Source: Planctomycetota bacterium (GTDB taxonomy: Bacteria > Planctomycetota > JAFGQW01). Taken from it: a stretch of DNA of 64,000 nt. The stretch covers positions 1,450 through 65,449 of the forward strand of contig JAFGQW010000084.1 of assembly GCA_016935485.1 (NCBI GenBank), written 5' to 3'. Made by a program: the position numbers and the translations under genes. Position 1 is the stretch's first letter. Every line of letters begins with the position of its first letter. Under the pieces are notes generated by a model, which ran no database searches, was not told the origin of the DNA, and was given only the letters and a program-made list of their open reading frames with translations. Of the stretch, positions 18,201 through 28,216 are shown piece after piece.

Positions 18201-20039
18201 ATGCGGCGCGCGCTCGCTCTGGTCGCCTTGCTCGTCCTCGTGGCGCTCCCCCTCCGCGGGGCGCTCGACGTCGGTTTCCTGCAGGACGACTACAACGTCG
18301 CCCAACTGCTGGGCTCCGAGCTCGCCCTGGACGGGCCGACCCTCTACCGCCTCTTCCACCCGCCGGCCGACGAGCAGGACGCGCGACTACGGCCGCTGAC
18401 GTACCTGACCCTCGCCCTGGATCTGGCCGTGTTCGGGCTGGACCCGCTGGCGCTGCACTTGAGCGGGCTGCTCTTCCACCTGATCTCGACGGCCCTGGTC
18501 TTCGTCCTGGCAGGCGTGCTTGCCCCTCGGGCGCGCGCCTTCCCGTGGGTAGCCGCCCTGTTCTTCGGGCTGGCACCGGTGCACGCCGACGCAGTGGCCT
18601 GGCTCGCGGCGCGCGCCGATCCGGTCGCAGGCACGTTCGTGCTCGCCACCCTGCTCGCCTACGTGCGCTACCGGCGCACCGCCCGCCCGCTCGCCGCCGC
18701 GGCTTGCCTGCTGCTCTACGCGGCCGCGCTGCTTTCCAAGGAAGCCGCGGTCATCACCCCCGGCCTCGCCCTCCTCCTGGAGCCGGCGCTCCGCCGGCGC
18801 CCCCGGCCCGGCGGCCTCGTGCCCGCCCTGAGCGGGCTGGGCCTGCTCACCGCCGCCTACCTGCTCTACCGCCGTCATCTCTTCGGCGTCTTCCTCGGCC
18901 ACTACGGAGCCCGCGATGCCGCCTCGTGGTCCGTCGCTCCCGGCGACGTGACGTATGCCGGCCGCATGTTCCTCGCGGACGTTCCCGGGTCCGCCCTCGC
19001 GTCGGTGCTGCTCCTCGCGCCGATCGTCTTCGGAGCCGTCTGCCTTGTCATCGCGCGCCGTCCGCTCCGGGCGCGGTCGATCGCCGCCGGAGCGCTGCTC
19101 TTCCTCCTCGCGATCGTCGTGGCCGTGCTCCCGGTCGCGCCGTTTCTCGGCCAGGCCAGCGGCCGGCACTTCTATCTCGCGGCCGCACCGCTCGCCGGCC
19201 TGCTGGCGGCGGCCGTGACGGTACCGCGGCGGCGCGCGGCGGGAGCAGCGCTCCTGCCGGCCGCGCTCGTGCTGCTGTACGGAGCCGCGTCCGTCCTCGG
19301 GCTCCGGACGCGCATCGAGATGTACGTCGAGGCCAGCGCGATCACCGCAGCGGTGGCCCGAGACCTCGGGGCCCTGCGGGCCGCACACCCCGACGTGGCG
19401 GTCTTCGTGGTGGGCGACCTGCGGAGCGCCTGGCGCCGCGCACCGCTGCTGCACTCGGGCGCGGCCGGACTGGCGCAGCCGCCGTTCCAGCGCGAGCCGG
19501 TGCCGATCCGCGCGCACTTCGCCGGCCAGCCTCGGGACTACCGCTGGGAAGCGTACGTGATCCGCAAGCCGGCCGTCTTCCTTCGCCTGCGGACCGCCGC
19601 GCCGCTGCCGGGGCTCGAGCCCGTGTCGCCCATCCTGCGCTCGCTCCCGCCGCGGGAGGAAGACCCGGCCTACGCGTGCCTCTCTCCCGCCGCCGGCGCG
19701 GCGGTCCGCCTCGACGGCGACACCCCGTTTCGCTTCCGCATCCCCGCCGACCTGCCCTGGCCGATCCGCCTGGTGTTCGCGCTGCCGGGAGACCGGGTCG
19801 CGCCCCTGCTGATCGGAGCAACGAACGTCGTGGAGGAGCCCCCCGCTCCGGACCGGTCCCGCACGCTGGTCTGGCGGCCGCGCCAGGGCGCCCTCGGCCT
19901 GGCGGCGGCGCTGCCGCTCGAGGCCCCGCCCGCCGCGCCGGTGGGGGCGGCCTGGTGGATCGAGGAGGCGGACCTCGAGCACGCCGGCGTCCGGACCGTC
20001 CGCGCGAGCCCCGTCGCGCGATTCGTGGTCCAGCCCTGA
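18201..20039 (+). CDS. GT-C-fold glycosyltransferase-like polytopic membrane protein (PMT/TMTC-like), paralogue 1. It has an N-terminal TM bundle and a ~230-aa C-terminal soluble domain.
   Basis: 612 aa. First-loop motif FLQDDYNV. About 10-11 TM helices. The same architecture and motif are shared with the genes at 22140 and 24539. Confidence 0.6.
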   Translation: MRRALALVALLVLVALPLRGALDVGFLQDDYNVAQLLGSELALDGPTLYRLFHPPADEQDARLRPLTYLTLALDLAVFGLDPLALHLSGLLFHLISTALVFVLAGVLAPRARAFPWVAALFFGLAPVHADAVAWLAARADPVAGTFVLATLLAYVRYRRTARPLAAAACLLLYAAALLSKEAAVITPGLALLLEPALRRRPRPGGLVPALSGLGLLTAAYLLYRRHLFGVFLGHYGARDAASWSVAPGDVTYAGRMFLADVPGSALASVLLLAPIVFGAVCLVIARRPLRARSIAAGALLFLLAIVVAVLPVAPFLGQASGRHFYLAAAPLAGLLAAAVTVPRRRAAGAALLPAALVLLYGAASVLGLRTRIEMYVEASAITAAVARDLGALRAAHPDVAVFVVGDLRSAWRRAPLLHSGAAGLAQPPFQREPVPIRAHFAGQPRDYRWEAYVIRKPAVFLRLRTAAPLPGLEPVSPILRSLPPREEDPAYACLSPAAGAAVRLDGDTPFRFRIPADLPWPIRLVFALPGDRVAPLLIGATNVVEEPPAPDRSRTLVWRPRQGALGLAAALPLEAPPAAPVGAAWWIEEADLEHAGVRTVRASPVARFVVQP

Positions 20040-20162
20040 GAGGACCCGCGCCGGCCGGCCCGACCCCCTTGAACCGCCGGGGCGACATGCGAGAATGGCG
20101 CCGCGCACGGAGATCCGCCGCGCTCCGCCGGCGGGTCCGGACGATTCGCGAAGGAGACTGCC

Positions 20163-21236
20163 ATGAAACTGTCGTGTGGCCTCGGGTTCGGCTGCCTGGT
20201 GCTGGCCGCGGTGCTGGCTGCCCTCCCGTCGGCGGGCGCCCAGTCCGCCGGGGAGCGGTACAACCAGATCCTCCAGGAGACCGAGGAAGACTACTACAGC
20301 TGCGCCAAGGTCAAGGACAAGAAGGCGCGCGAGAAGGCCTACATCGAGCACGGCCAGCGCGCCACGGCCCTGTGGGAGGGCTTCCTCCGCGACCATGGTG
20401 AGACCTCCATGGCCTTCAATGCCAGGCTCAACCTGGCGCAGGCGCTCGACATGGCCAAGGAGACGGCGCGCGCCCGCGCGGTGATGGAGGAGGCCGCAGC
20501 CGCCGCGTACACCTTCCGCGAGATCACCCAGGCGGCCGAGATCACGAAGATCGTCTGCCACAGCGTGAAGGACGCCTACGACGTCATCGAGCGCGCCATG
20601 GCGAAGGTGGACGAGCCGGAGATGAAGGGCTCCCTCCACCTGGAGCTGTTCAAGTACCTCGAGATGCCGAAGAACCTGCAGGCGGACGAACAGCCGGCCC
20701 ACCGGAAGAAGATGTACCGCGAGCTCGCCGAGGCCATCGTCAAGCAGTATCCGGACACGAGCGCCGCCAAGGAGGCCGGGCTGATTCTCCGCGGGCTGGA
20801 CCTCAAGGTGGGCGATCCGCTGCTCAATCTCGCCGACTTCACCGACGCCGCGGGCGACCCCATCGATCTTGCCGCCTACTCGGGCAAGGTGGTCCTGCTG
20901 CACTTCTGGACCGGTCCGCGGAACGCCCGGCGCTCTCTCCAGACCCTCGTGAACCTCCACGGCGAGCTCCACCCCAAGGGACTCGAGGTCGTGGGCATCA
21001 ACTGCGACTACGCGGAGGACCACGAGCGCAACATGCTGGCCATGATCGAGGCGCTCGGCATCCCGTGGCGCAACTACCACGACGGCCAGAAGCTGCACAA
21101 CCGGATCGCCCGCATCTTCCACGTGCGCAAGTACCCCAGCAACATCGTGATCGGCCGCGACGGCAAGATCGCCGCCCTCGACGTCCCCACCGCCCAGCTC
21201 GAGGACAAGCTCCGGGAGCTCGTCGGCGGATCGTGA
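20163..21236 (+). CDS. Secreted TlpA/redoxin-like thioredoxin-fold protein with an N-terminal helical domain. The active-site CxxC is replaced (FWTGPRNARR), so it is predicted redox-inactive.
   Basis: Signal peptide (LVLAAVLAALPSAGAQS). The C-terminal ~150 aa are colinear with TlpA/ResA (GKVVLLHFW...LEVVGINCD...YPSNIVIGRDGKI), but both catalytic Cys positions are T and R. Confidence 0.7.
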   Translation: MKLSCGLGFGCLVLAAVLAALPSAGAQSAGERYNQILQETEEDYYSCAKVKDKKAREKAYIEHGQRATALWEGFLRDHGETSMAFNARLNLAQALDMAKETARARAVMEEAAAAAYTFREITQAAEITKIVCHSVKDAYDVIERAMAKVDEPEMKGSLHLELFKYLEMPKNLQADEQPAHRKKMYRELAEAIVKQYPDTSAAKEAGLILRGLDLKVGDPLLNLADFTDAAGDPIDLAAYSGKVVLLHFWTGPRNARRSLQTLVNLHGELHPKGLEVVGINCDYAEDHERNMLAMIEALGIPWRNYHDGQKLHNRIARIFHVRKYPSNIVIGRDGKIAALDVPTAQLEDKLRELVGGS

Positions 21237-21261
21237 CCCGCGCGCGCGAAGGACGCCGTTT

Positions 21262-21846
21262 TTGGCCATGATCGACCGCTTCCAGGTGAAGGGCGCCGGC
21301 TCCTCGGCGCTCGTGGTGATCGACGTGCAGACGCGGATGGTGCAGGCGCTCGCGCCCAAGGTCGTGCGCCGCAACGTCGGCAACATGGCGCTGCTCCTCG
21401 AGGCCGCACGCGCCCTCGCGATCCCGATCCTCGTGACCGAGCACTACCCGCAGGGGCTCGGCCCGACGATCGAGTCCCTCGGGCCGCTGCTCGCGGGCGC
21501 GCGCACCCTGGAGAAGATCGTCTTCAGCGGCACCGGCGCGCCGGGCTTCCGCGAGGCGCTGCGCGCGACCGGCCGGGAGCACATCGTGCTGATCGGCACC
21601 GAGACCCACGTCTGCGTGGCCCAGACCGCGCTCGACCTCCTGGCCGAGGGCTACCACGTGCACGTCCCCTCGGACGCCGTGCTGTCGCGCTTCACGGACG
21701 ACTGGCAGGGCGGGCTGGCCTTCATGCGCCAGGCGGGCGCCGTGGTCACGCGCACCGAGACGCTGGTTTTCCAGTGGCTGGAACGGGCCGGCACGGAGGT
21801 CTTCCGGCGCCTGTCGCCCCGCATCAAGAACCGCAGCGCCGAGTGA
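21262..21846 (+). CDS. Isochorismatase-family (cysteine hydrolase) protein.
   Basis: 194 aa. SALVVIDVQ at the N-terminus. Catalytic Cys context (IGTETHVCVAQTALD). Lys and Asp positions are conserved. Confidence 0.78.
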   Translation: MAMIDRFQVKGAGSSALVVIDVQTRMVQALAPKVVRRNVGNMALLLEAARALAIPILVTEHYPQGLGPTIESLGPLLAGARTLEKIVFSGTGAPGFREALRATGREHIVLIGTETHVCVAQTALDLLAEGYHVHVPSDAVLSRFTDDWQGGLAFMRQAGAVVTRTETLVFQWLERAGTEVFRRLSPRIKNRSAE

Positions 21847-22139
21847 ACGGGCCCGCGCCGGACTGACTTCCCCGGGTTTCGCCGCGAGGTTCGGGTTCGT
21901 GGGGCGCGAAGCCGGCTCCAATCGGCGATGCCACCGACGCTCCGCCGCGCGGACCTCGGCAGGAAGATCCGCGAGAACGGGAAGCGGTTCCGGCACGGGC
22001 CCCAAGGTCCGGGCCGCGCCGTATTGACTCCCCGGCCCCGCCCGCGTACATTCCCCCCCTGACGCGGGGGGACTCGCCGGCGGCGCGAACCGCCCGCGCG
22101 GCCAGACCGGGTCACCCGCCGCCCCAGGAACCCATTGGC

Positions 22140-24542
22140 ATGACCGACAAGCCCCACCCCGCCGGCCGGACGACCGTCGCGCTGGCCGCCATCGCCGTGA
22201 TGATCATAGCCGCCGTCGCCTACCTGCCGGCCCTCGACGACTCGTTCTTGCAGGACGACTTCCTCCTCGTCGGGCAGTTCTTCACGGACACCGGGACCTT
22301 CGAGCTCCCCCGCCAGCCCGCGCTGACCTTTCCCACCGGGTTCCTTCCGTTCTGGACGCACGTTCTCGACAGCTACCTCTGGGGCGCCCACGCCGTCGGC
22401 CACCGCATCACCAGCCTGCTCGTGCACGTGCTCGCCGCGCTGCTGGTCTTCGTGCTGGTCCGCAGAGTCGCCGGCGGCCGGACCCTGGTGGCATTCCTCG
22501 CCGCCGTCTTCTTCGTCCTCTCACCGCTGCACCTCAACGCCGTCCACTGGATCTCGGGACGCTCGCTCACGCTCGCGATCGTCTTCCTGCTCCTCGCCGC
22601 GCTGGCGGCGACCCGCCGCCGGCCCGCGCCGGTGCTTTCCGCCACGGCCTACCTGGCCGCGCTGCTCTGTCACCCCGCCGCCTTCACCGCGCCGCTCGTC
22701 GCGCTGCTGGTCGACGTGGTGGCCGGGCGCGGCGCCTGGCGCGGCCGCCTGCTGACCATCCACCTGCCGCTGCTCGCGCTGATGGCCGCTTACATCGTGT
22801 TCCAGTCCACGACCGGCGAGCGCCTCTGGCACACCCGGAACGTCCGCGCCGCGCTCGCGCCTGCGGTCCTCCTCGACACGCTCGCGCGCCTCATCGTCCC
22901 GCTCAACGAAGCAATCACCAACCCGGCCAAGGCCCCGCTGCTCAAGTGGGGCGTGCTGCTGGGTCTCCTTCCCCTGCAGATCCTGGTGCTGATCGTCCGC
23001 CGGGCAGCGCCGCCGCGTACGTTCTGGGTGGGGCTGATCTGGTTCGTGGTGATGCTGATCCCGATCCTGCCGTCGGCGCGCCTCGGGACGGAGCTGGCCG
23101 ACTCGCGCGTCTTCTACGGCGTGGTGCCCCCCCTTGCTCTGATGCTCGCGGCGCTGTTCCTCGCCGACACAGCGGTCTTCCGCCCCTCCGCCGGACGCGC
23201 CGCGGACCGCCGCGCGCTCGCCCGCGCCACGGTGTTCGCGCTGGTATTCGCGGTCTCGCTTGTCCTGGCGCTGGTCAAGAACGGCCAGGCCTACGCGGGC
23301 GCCGGCCGCCTCGTGCGCCACGTGCAAGACGCTGCGCTCGAAGCCGCGCGCGGGGAATCCGCGGATTCGTGGATCTACCTGATGGAGCCTCCGAGTGCCT
23401 ACGCCGGCGCGCCGGTGTTCGCGACGGGCCTCAAGCGGGCGCTCGCCCCGCCGTTCAGGACCGCCGCCGAAGCCCGCCGGATCGGCGTGGTGCACGTGCG
23501 CGACATGGCGCCGCTGCTCGAGCGCCTGCGCGGGGTCCACCCGCCGCTCGTCGTGCTGTGGATGCACGCCGCCGGGCTGGAGCCGCGCCGTCCGTTCGCG
23601 CGGATCTCGCCGCTGTTCCCGGCAACCGGCGAGCCCGACGAGCCGTTCCTGCCGCCACGGTTCGCCGGCGCGGAGCTCGCCACGTGGCGGCCAGACAGCG
23701 GGCTGGTCGGCGCGGCGGACGAGCGGGGTTTCGTGGGCCAGACCTCGAGCGAGGATCCCTGGCTGCTGTCACCACCGATGGTGATCCCGAGCGACTGGAT
23801 CGAGGCGGTCAGCGTGCGGATGAGCGTGCACGGCAGCCGGGAGCCCGTGCTCCCGGTGGATCTCTTCTGGGCCGAGCTGTCCCGGCCGGACGCCTTTCGC
23901 CCCGAGCGCTCCTGCCGCCAGTTCGTGCCCACGACCGGCGCGATGGAGACCCTGACTTTCGCGCTTTCGCCGCCGGACGGCGCCCGGCCGCCCGAGCGGT
24001 TTCTCGCGCGGCTCCGGCTCGATCCGCCCCCCGGGCCGGCCGCGGTGCACATCGAGTCGATCGCGCTCGTCCCGGGGCCCGGGTGCCCCTGCGCGCAGCG
24101 CGTGGCGGCATCCTGGGAGGGCCCGGAGCTCGCCGGCTGGACGGTCGCGCCGGGCACCACCGGAAGGCTCGAGAATAGCGACCTCGTGCTGCGGACCCAG
24201 GGCGTGGACCCCTACGCCGTCTCTCCGGTTCTCGACCTTCCGGCGGCCGCCCTGCGGGGGATCGAGGTCGCGCTGCGCGTGGACGCCGCGAGCACCGAGG
24301 CGGCGATCTACTGGGCCACGGACACTCCGGAAGGCTTCTGCGAGGAACAGCGCCTGCCCTTCACGGTCGCCGCCGGCGACGGCCAGTTCCACCGCTACAC
24401 GCTGTGGTTCCAGGAACGCGCTCGGCTGGCGCCGGACACGCGGATCCGGGCCATTCGCGTCGATCCGATGGCCGGTCCCGGCACGGCCTGGATCCGGCTC
24501 GTGAAGCTGTACCAGGACGCCCTCGACAGAGCACGACGATGA
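22140..24542 (+). CDS. GT-C-fold glycosyltransferase-like polytopic membrane protein (PMT/TMTC-like), paralogue 2, with a ~290-aa C-terminal soluble domain.
   Basis: 800 aa. First-loop motif SFLQDDFLLV. Multiple TM helices. The C-terminal domain is unrelated in sequence to paralogues 1 and 3. Confidence 0.6.
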   Translation: MTDKPHPAGRTTVALAAIAVMIIAAVAYLPALDDSFLQDDFLLVGQFFTDTGTFELPRQPALTFPTGFLPFWTHVLDSYLWGAHAVGHRITSLLVHVLAALLVFVLVRRVAGGRTLVAFLAAVFFVLSPLHLNAVHWISGRSLTLAIVFLLLAALAATRRRPAPVLSATAYLAALLCHPAAFTAPLVALLVDVVAGRGAWRGRLLTIHLPLLALMAAYIVFQSTTGERLWHTRNVRAALAPAVLLDTLARLIVPLNEAITNPAKAPLLKWGVLLGLLPLQILVLIVRRAAPPRTFWVGLIWFVVMLIPILPSARLGTELADSRVFYGVVPPLALMLAALFLADTAVFRPSAGRAADRRALARATVFALVFAVSLVLALVKNGQAYAGAGRLVRHVQDAALEAARGESADSWIYLMEPPSAYAGAPVFATGLKRALAPPFRTAAEARRIGVVHVRDMAPLLERLRGVHPPLVVLWMHAAGLEPRRPFARISPLFPATGEPDEPFLPPRFAGAELATWRPDSGLVGAADERGFVGQTSSEDPWLLSPPMVIPSDWIEAVSVRMSVHGSREPVLPVDLFWAELSRPDAFRPERSCRQFVPTTGAMETLTFALSPPDGARPPERFLARLRLDPPPGPAAVHIESIALVPGPGCPCAQRVAASWEGPELAGWTVAPGTTGRLENSDLVLRTQGVDPYAVSPVLDLPAAALRGIEVALRVDAASTEAAIYWATDTPEGFCEEQRLPFTVAAGDGQFHRYTLWFQERARLAPDTRIRAIRVDPMAGPGTAWIRLVKLYQDALDRARR

Positions 24543-26863
24543 GCACTGAGCCACCGCGGACCGCGAGCACGACCGTCTACACCGCGCGCTACCTCCTCTA
24601 CTCCACCGCCGGACTGCTCGCTGCGGTGCTCGTCGGCTACGCTCCCGTGCTGGCCAACCCCTTCCTGAGCGACGACCTCAACTTCCGGGTGTTCTTCCGC
24701 GGCGCCGAGCTCGACTGGGCGCGGATCCTCGGCGAGCTGTGGAGCGGCTGGGGCGGCCTGGTGGGCGCCGACTACTACCGGCCGCTGCTCACCGCGTCGG
24801 TGGTCGTGGACTACCTCGCCTGGGGAGCGAACCCGTTCGGCTGTCATCTGACCAACGTGCTGCTTCACACGCTCAACGCCACGCTGGTCGCGCACATCAT
24901 CATGCGGATCGCCGGCCCGGGAAAGCGCTACCCGGCGCTCCTTGGCGCGCTGGTCTTCGCCGTGCATCCCGTACACCCCGAGGCCGTTGCCTGGATTGCC
25001 GGCCGGGTCGATGTGCTCAGCGCCTTGTTCTTCCTGCTCACGGTGCGCTGCTACCTCGCCTATCGCTGGACCGGCCGGCGGCGCCACCTGATCGCCTCCC
25101 TGGTCGCGCTCGGCCTTGGGCTCGGCTCGAAGGAGTCGGCGGTGATGGCGCCGGCGGTGCTCGTCGCGCTCGACCTCGGGCTCAAGCTCGCGCGCGGCAC
25201 GCCGCGCTGGGGTCTCGGCGCCCGGACAGCGGTGCTCGCGCCGCTGGCCCTCGTTGCCGGCTACGTGGTGCTGCGCAAGCTGGTGCTCGGGAGCGTCGCG
25301 GGCAGCCAGGACCTACTGGCCCCCTACGCATCGGCCGGCGCGCTCGTCGCGACCCTCAAGCAGACGAGCATGAAGCTCTTCCTCCTGGTCGCGCCGGCCA
25401 ACCCCGCCGCGACGGGTCGCACGGGCGCCGCACTCTTCCAGGGGGCGGTGATCCTGATGATGCTGCTGCCGTTCCTCGCGCTGCTCACCCACGGCAAGCG
25501 CACCATTCCGGGGCCGCTTCTCGGCGGCGCGCTGATCCTCTTTCCCCTCGCGCTCGTGAGCCACATCCTGGTCGATCCCGACAACCTCGCCAACAGCCGG
25601 GTGCTCTACCTGCCGGCCGCGGGGTTCGTCGTGATGCTCTACTCGGCGCCGTGGGATCCGCGGGTCCGGCACGAGCTCCGCCGCCTCGGAGCGGCGCAGA
25701 TGGCCGTGCTGTCGCTGCTGATCGCCGGCGCCTACTTCGTCATGCTCCGCCTGAATCTCCGCCCGTGGACCGAGGCCGGTCGCATCATGAACACGCTCGT
25801 CCGCGAGGTCGACCGCGTCGAGGCCGACACGCCCGGCCACCGCAAGATCGTGGTGAAGGGGCTGCCCGACGTCCACCAGGGCGCCTACGTGGCGCGCAAC
25901 GGCTTCGTCTTTGCGCTGGTCCGCCCGTTCCACCACCGCGACATCACGCGGGTCTTCCCGGTGCTGGACTACTTCTACGGCCGCGACCCTGGAATGCTGC
26001 GCGCCGTGCACGGGGACCGGACGCGCATCGTGCTCTGGGACCTGGCGCGCCACCGACTGCTCGACCTGCCGCCGCCCCAGGAGGCCACCCACCAGATGAG
26101 CGCAGAGGACGGGCGCGCCTGGGCCGATCTGGCCGGCGGCGCGTGGACGCCGGAGCCCGGGCTCGAGCGGCAGGTGCACCCCGACGGCGGAGTGACGCTC
26201 GTCGCGCGGCGCGAGGGCGCCGGCCTGCGCGGCCCGGTGATGCGCATCTCCCCCGAGGCACTGCCGGCGCTCCGCTTCCGGCAGGCCGGCACGGCGCAGC
26301 TCGCGCTGGGCTGGTCCACGGCCGCCGAGCCCGACGTGTTCCCGACGAGCCCGGTGATGACGTTCCCGCCGCACGCGGGCGAGCGCACGGTGGCCCTGGT
26401 GAACCACGCCACCTGGTACCTGCCGGCCGCCCCGCCGGTGGGCCGACTGCGCCTTTCGGTCTGGCCGCAGAATACACCGCTGGTGCTCACCGACTTCACC
26501 CTCGTCCGGAGACTGCCGCGCCTGCCGCTCGCCATCGAGACCGAACCGCTGCTCCCCGAACCGGGAGCGCCCCTGGTGCTGCCGCTGCTGCGCTGCCCCT
26601 ACACGCACTTCAAGATCGTGATCCTCAACCCGGCCGCCCCGCACGCCGTGGCGATCGCGCGCCCGGCGGAGGCGGACACGCCGCTCGTGGTGCCGGCCGC
26701 CGGGCTCGCGCACCTCCACACCGTGGCCTGGGCGCTCGGAGGCTTCGAGGCCCTGCTGTATGTGGACGCGGTCGAGCCCGACCTGAACCCCCTCACCACC
26801 CGCGCGCGCAGCCGCCTCTTCACGGTGCGCTTCGCGGGCGCGGTGCGCCCCGGGCGGCGGTAA
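24539..26863 (+). CDS. GT-C-fold glycosyltransferase-like polytopic membrane protein (PMT/TMTC-like), paralogue 3. It is translationally coupled to paralogue 2.
   Basis: Internal Met of ORF 24404..26863. Its ATG overlaps the upstream stop (ATGA). First-loop motif PFLSDDLNFRVF. 774 aa. Confidence 0.6.
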   Translation: MSTEPPRTASTTVYTARYLLYSTAGLLAAVLVGYAPVLANPFLSDDLNFRVFFRGAELDWARILGELWSGWGGLVGADYYRPLLTASVVVDYLAWGANPFGCHLTNVLLHTLNATLVAHIIMRIAGPGKRYPALLGALVFAVHPVHPEAVAWIAGRVDVLSALFFLLTVRCYLAYRWTGRRRHLIASLVALGLGLGSKESAVMAPAVLVALDLGLKLARGTPRWGLGARTAVLAPLALVAGYVVLRKLVLGSVAGSQDLLAPYASAGALVATLKQTSMKLFLLVAPANPAATGRTGAALFQGAVILMMLLPFLALLTHGKRTIPGPLLGGALILFPLALVSHILVDPDNLANSRVLYLPAAGFVVMLYSAPWDPRVRHELRRLGAAQMAVLSLLIAGAYFVMLRLNLRPWTEAGRIMNTLVREVDRVEADTPGHRKIVVKGLPDVHQGAYVARNGFVFALVRPFHHRDITRVFPVLDYFYGRDPGMLRAVHGDRTRIVLWDLARHRLLDLPPPQEATHQMSAEDGRAWADLAGGAWTPEPGLERQVHPDGGVTLVARREGAGLRGPVMRISPEALPALRFRQAGTAQLALGWSTAAEPDVFPTSPVMTFPPHAGERTVALVNHATWYLPAAPPVGRLRLSVWPQNTPLVLTDFTLVRRLPRLPLAIETEPLLPEPGAPLVLPLLRCPYTHFKIVILNPAAPHAVAIARPAEADTPLVVPAAGLAHLHTVAWALGGFEALLYVDAVEPDLNPLTTRARSRLFTVRFAGAVRPGRR

Positions 26864-26896
26864 CGGTCCGCCGTGTCGCCGCACGCGGCGGCGGGA

Positions 26897-28216
26897 TCAG
26901 CGCCCGGGCCGCCCCGTCGCGACCAGACGCTCGACGTACGCGAATGCCGCGGCGACGCAGTGGTCGGTGTTGAAGTACTCCATGCGGCCGGTGCGGCCGC
27001 AGGTGTCGAACCCGATCCCGTCGAGGTAGGCGCGCACGCGCGCGATGTTCGCGGGGAAGTCCCGCCCGTGGTAGGCGTAGGCGTGATCCGCGCGGCTCCA
27101 GGCCGTGGCCGCGACCCGGCGGCGGTCGAGGACTTCCGCCTCCTCGAGGCGCGCCAGGAGCGCCGCGAGAGTCGCCTCGGGATCGGGCGGCCGATCGCCC
27201 CGGAACGTCACCTCGCACATCACCGAGGAGTGGCCGGCCGGGCAGTTCCCGGGACTGTAGTTCCCGAGGTGGGTCAGCCGGTTCACGGGGCCGTTCTCGG
27301 GGTGCGGCAGGTAGACCCAGGAGTACGGCACCCGGCCGGGGTGGTCGAGCCCGACCAGAAAGCACAGGACGTGGACGTACTCGAGCGCGCGGGCCGCCGC
27401 CGCCGCCGCGGGGTCCATCCCGTCGAGGAGGTCCGGCACGCCGCGCAGCGGCAGCGTCGAGACGACGCGATCGAAGCGGTCCCCGTTGACCTCCCAGCGG
27501 CCGGCGCGGCCCCGGACGTGCGCGACGGGAGTGGCGAGCCGGATGCGGTCCCGGATCGGCGCCGCGGTGGCGTCGGCCAGCGCCTGCATGCCGCCCCTCA
27601 GCGGGTAGCCGAACTGGAGCTGGTGGGTGTAGCCCTCGGTGCGGATGCCGACCGCGCTGCGGATGACGTCGTCGGGCGGCGCATCGGGCACGCGGTCCGC
27701 CACCCAGTCGAAGGACATGTCCCGCAGATCGGATTTCCAGATCTTCTCGTTGTAGGGGATCATGAACGACTCGGCGATGCCGTCGCCGAACCGCCAGTAG
27801 ATCCACTCGCGCAGGCTCGACGGCCGCGGCGCCGTGCCCTTCTCGCGCGCCAGATACGCGTTCACGTAGCCCCGGAGACACCGGAAGTTGTCCTCCGGCG
27901 AAAGGTCGCCGAGCCCGTTCTCGAAAGGGTAGTTGACGTAGCGGCCGTGATAGTAGATGCGGGTCTGCCGCCGGCTCTCGACCACCGCGCCCCCGAGCCG
28001 GTCCCAGAGGTGGCGCCGGAGCGCCGGATCGCGCGTGTAGAGGATGTGCCCGCCGGCGGTGTCCCAGGTGAAGCCGGCGCGCTGCTCGCTCTTCAGGAGC
28101 CCGCCGACCCGGTCGCTCCGCTCGAAGAGGACGAAGTCCCACTCGGGCGCACGCCGGGCGAGCTGGTAGCCGATCGTGAGGCCGGTGATGCCGGCGCCGA
28201 GAATCGCGATTCTCAA
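26897..28216 (-). CDS. FAD/NAD(P)-binding oxidoreductase of the amine-oxidase / UDP-galactopyranose-mutase / protoporphyrinogen-oxidase-like superfamily.
   Basis: N-terminal Rossmann motif (MRIAILGAGITGLTIGYQLARR, GxGxxG, then acidic ERSDRVGG). 439 aa. Sits beside the glycosyltransferase-like genes, so a UGM-like role is possible but unproven. Confidence 0.65.
   Translation of the reverse strand: MRIAILGAGITGLTIGYQLARRAPEWDFVLFERSDRVGGLLKSEQRAGFTWDTAGGHILYTRDPALRRHLWDRLGGAVVESRRQTRIYYHGRYVNYPFENGLGDLSPEDNFRCLRGYVNAYLAREKGTAPRPSSLREWIYWRFGDGIAESFMIPYNEKIWKSDLRDMSFDWVADRVPDAPPDDVIRSAVGIRTEGYTHQLQFGYPLRGGMQALADATAAPIRDRIRLATPVAHVRGRAGRWEVNGDRFDRVVSTLPLRGVPDLLDGMDPAAAAAARALEYVHVLCFLVGLDHPGRVPYSWVYLPHPENGPVNRLTHLGNYSPGNCPAGHSSVMCEVTFRGDRPPDPEATLAALLARLEEAEVLDRRRVAATAWSRADHAYAYHGRDFPANIARVRAYLDGIGFDTCGRTGRMEYFNTDHCVAAAFAYVERLVATGRPGR

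Noticed and set aside
22040-22070. C7-tgacgc-G6 hairpin about 200 nt downstream of the isochorismatase-family gene.
   Set aside because: It could be a terminator or attenuator. But it is far from the stop codon, lacks a U-tract, and lies in the 5' region of the next gene. Insufficient evidence.
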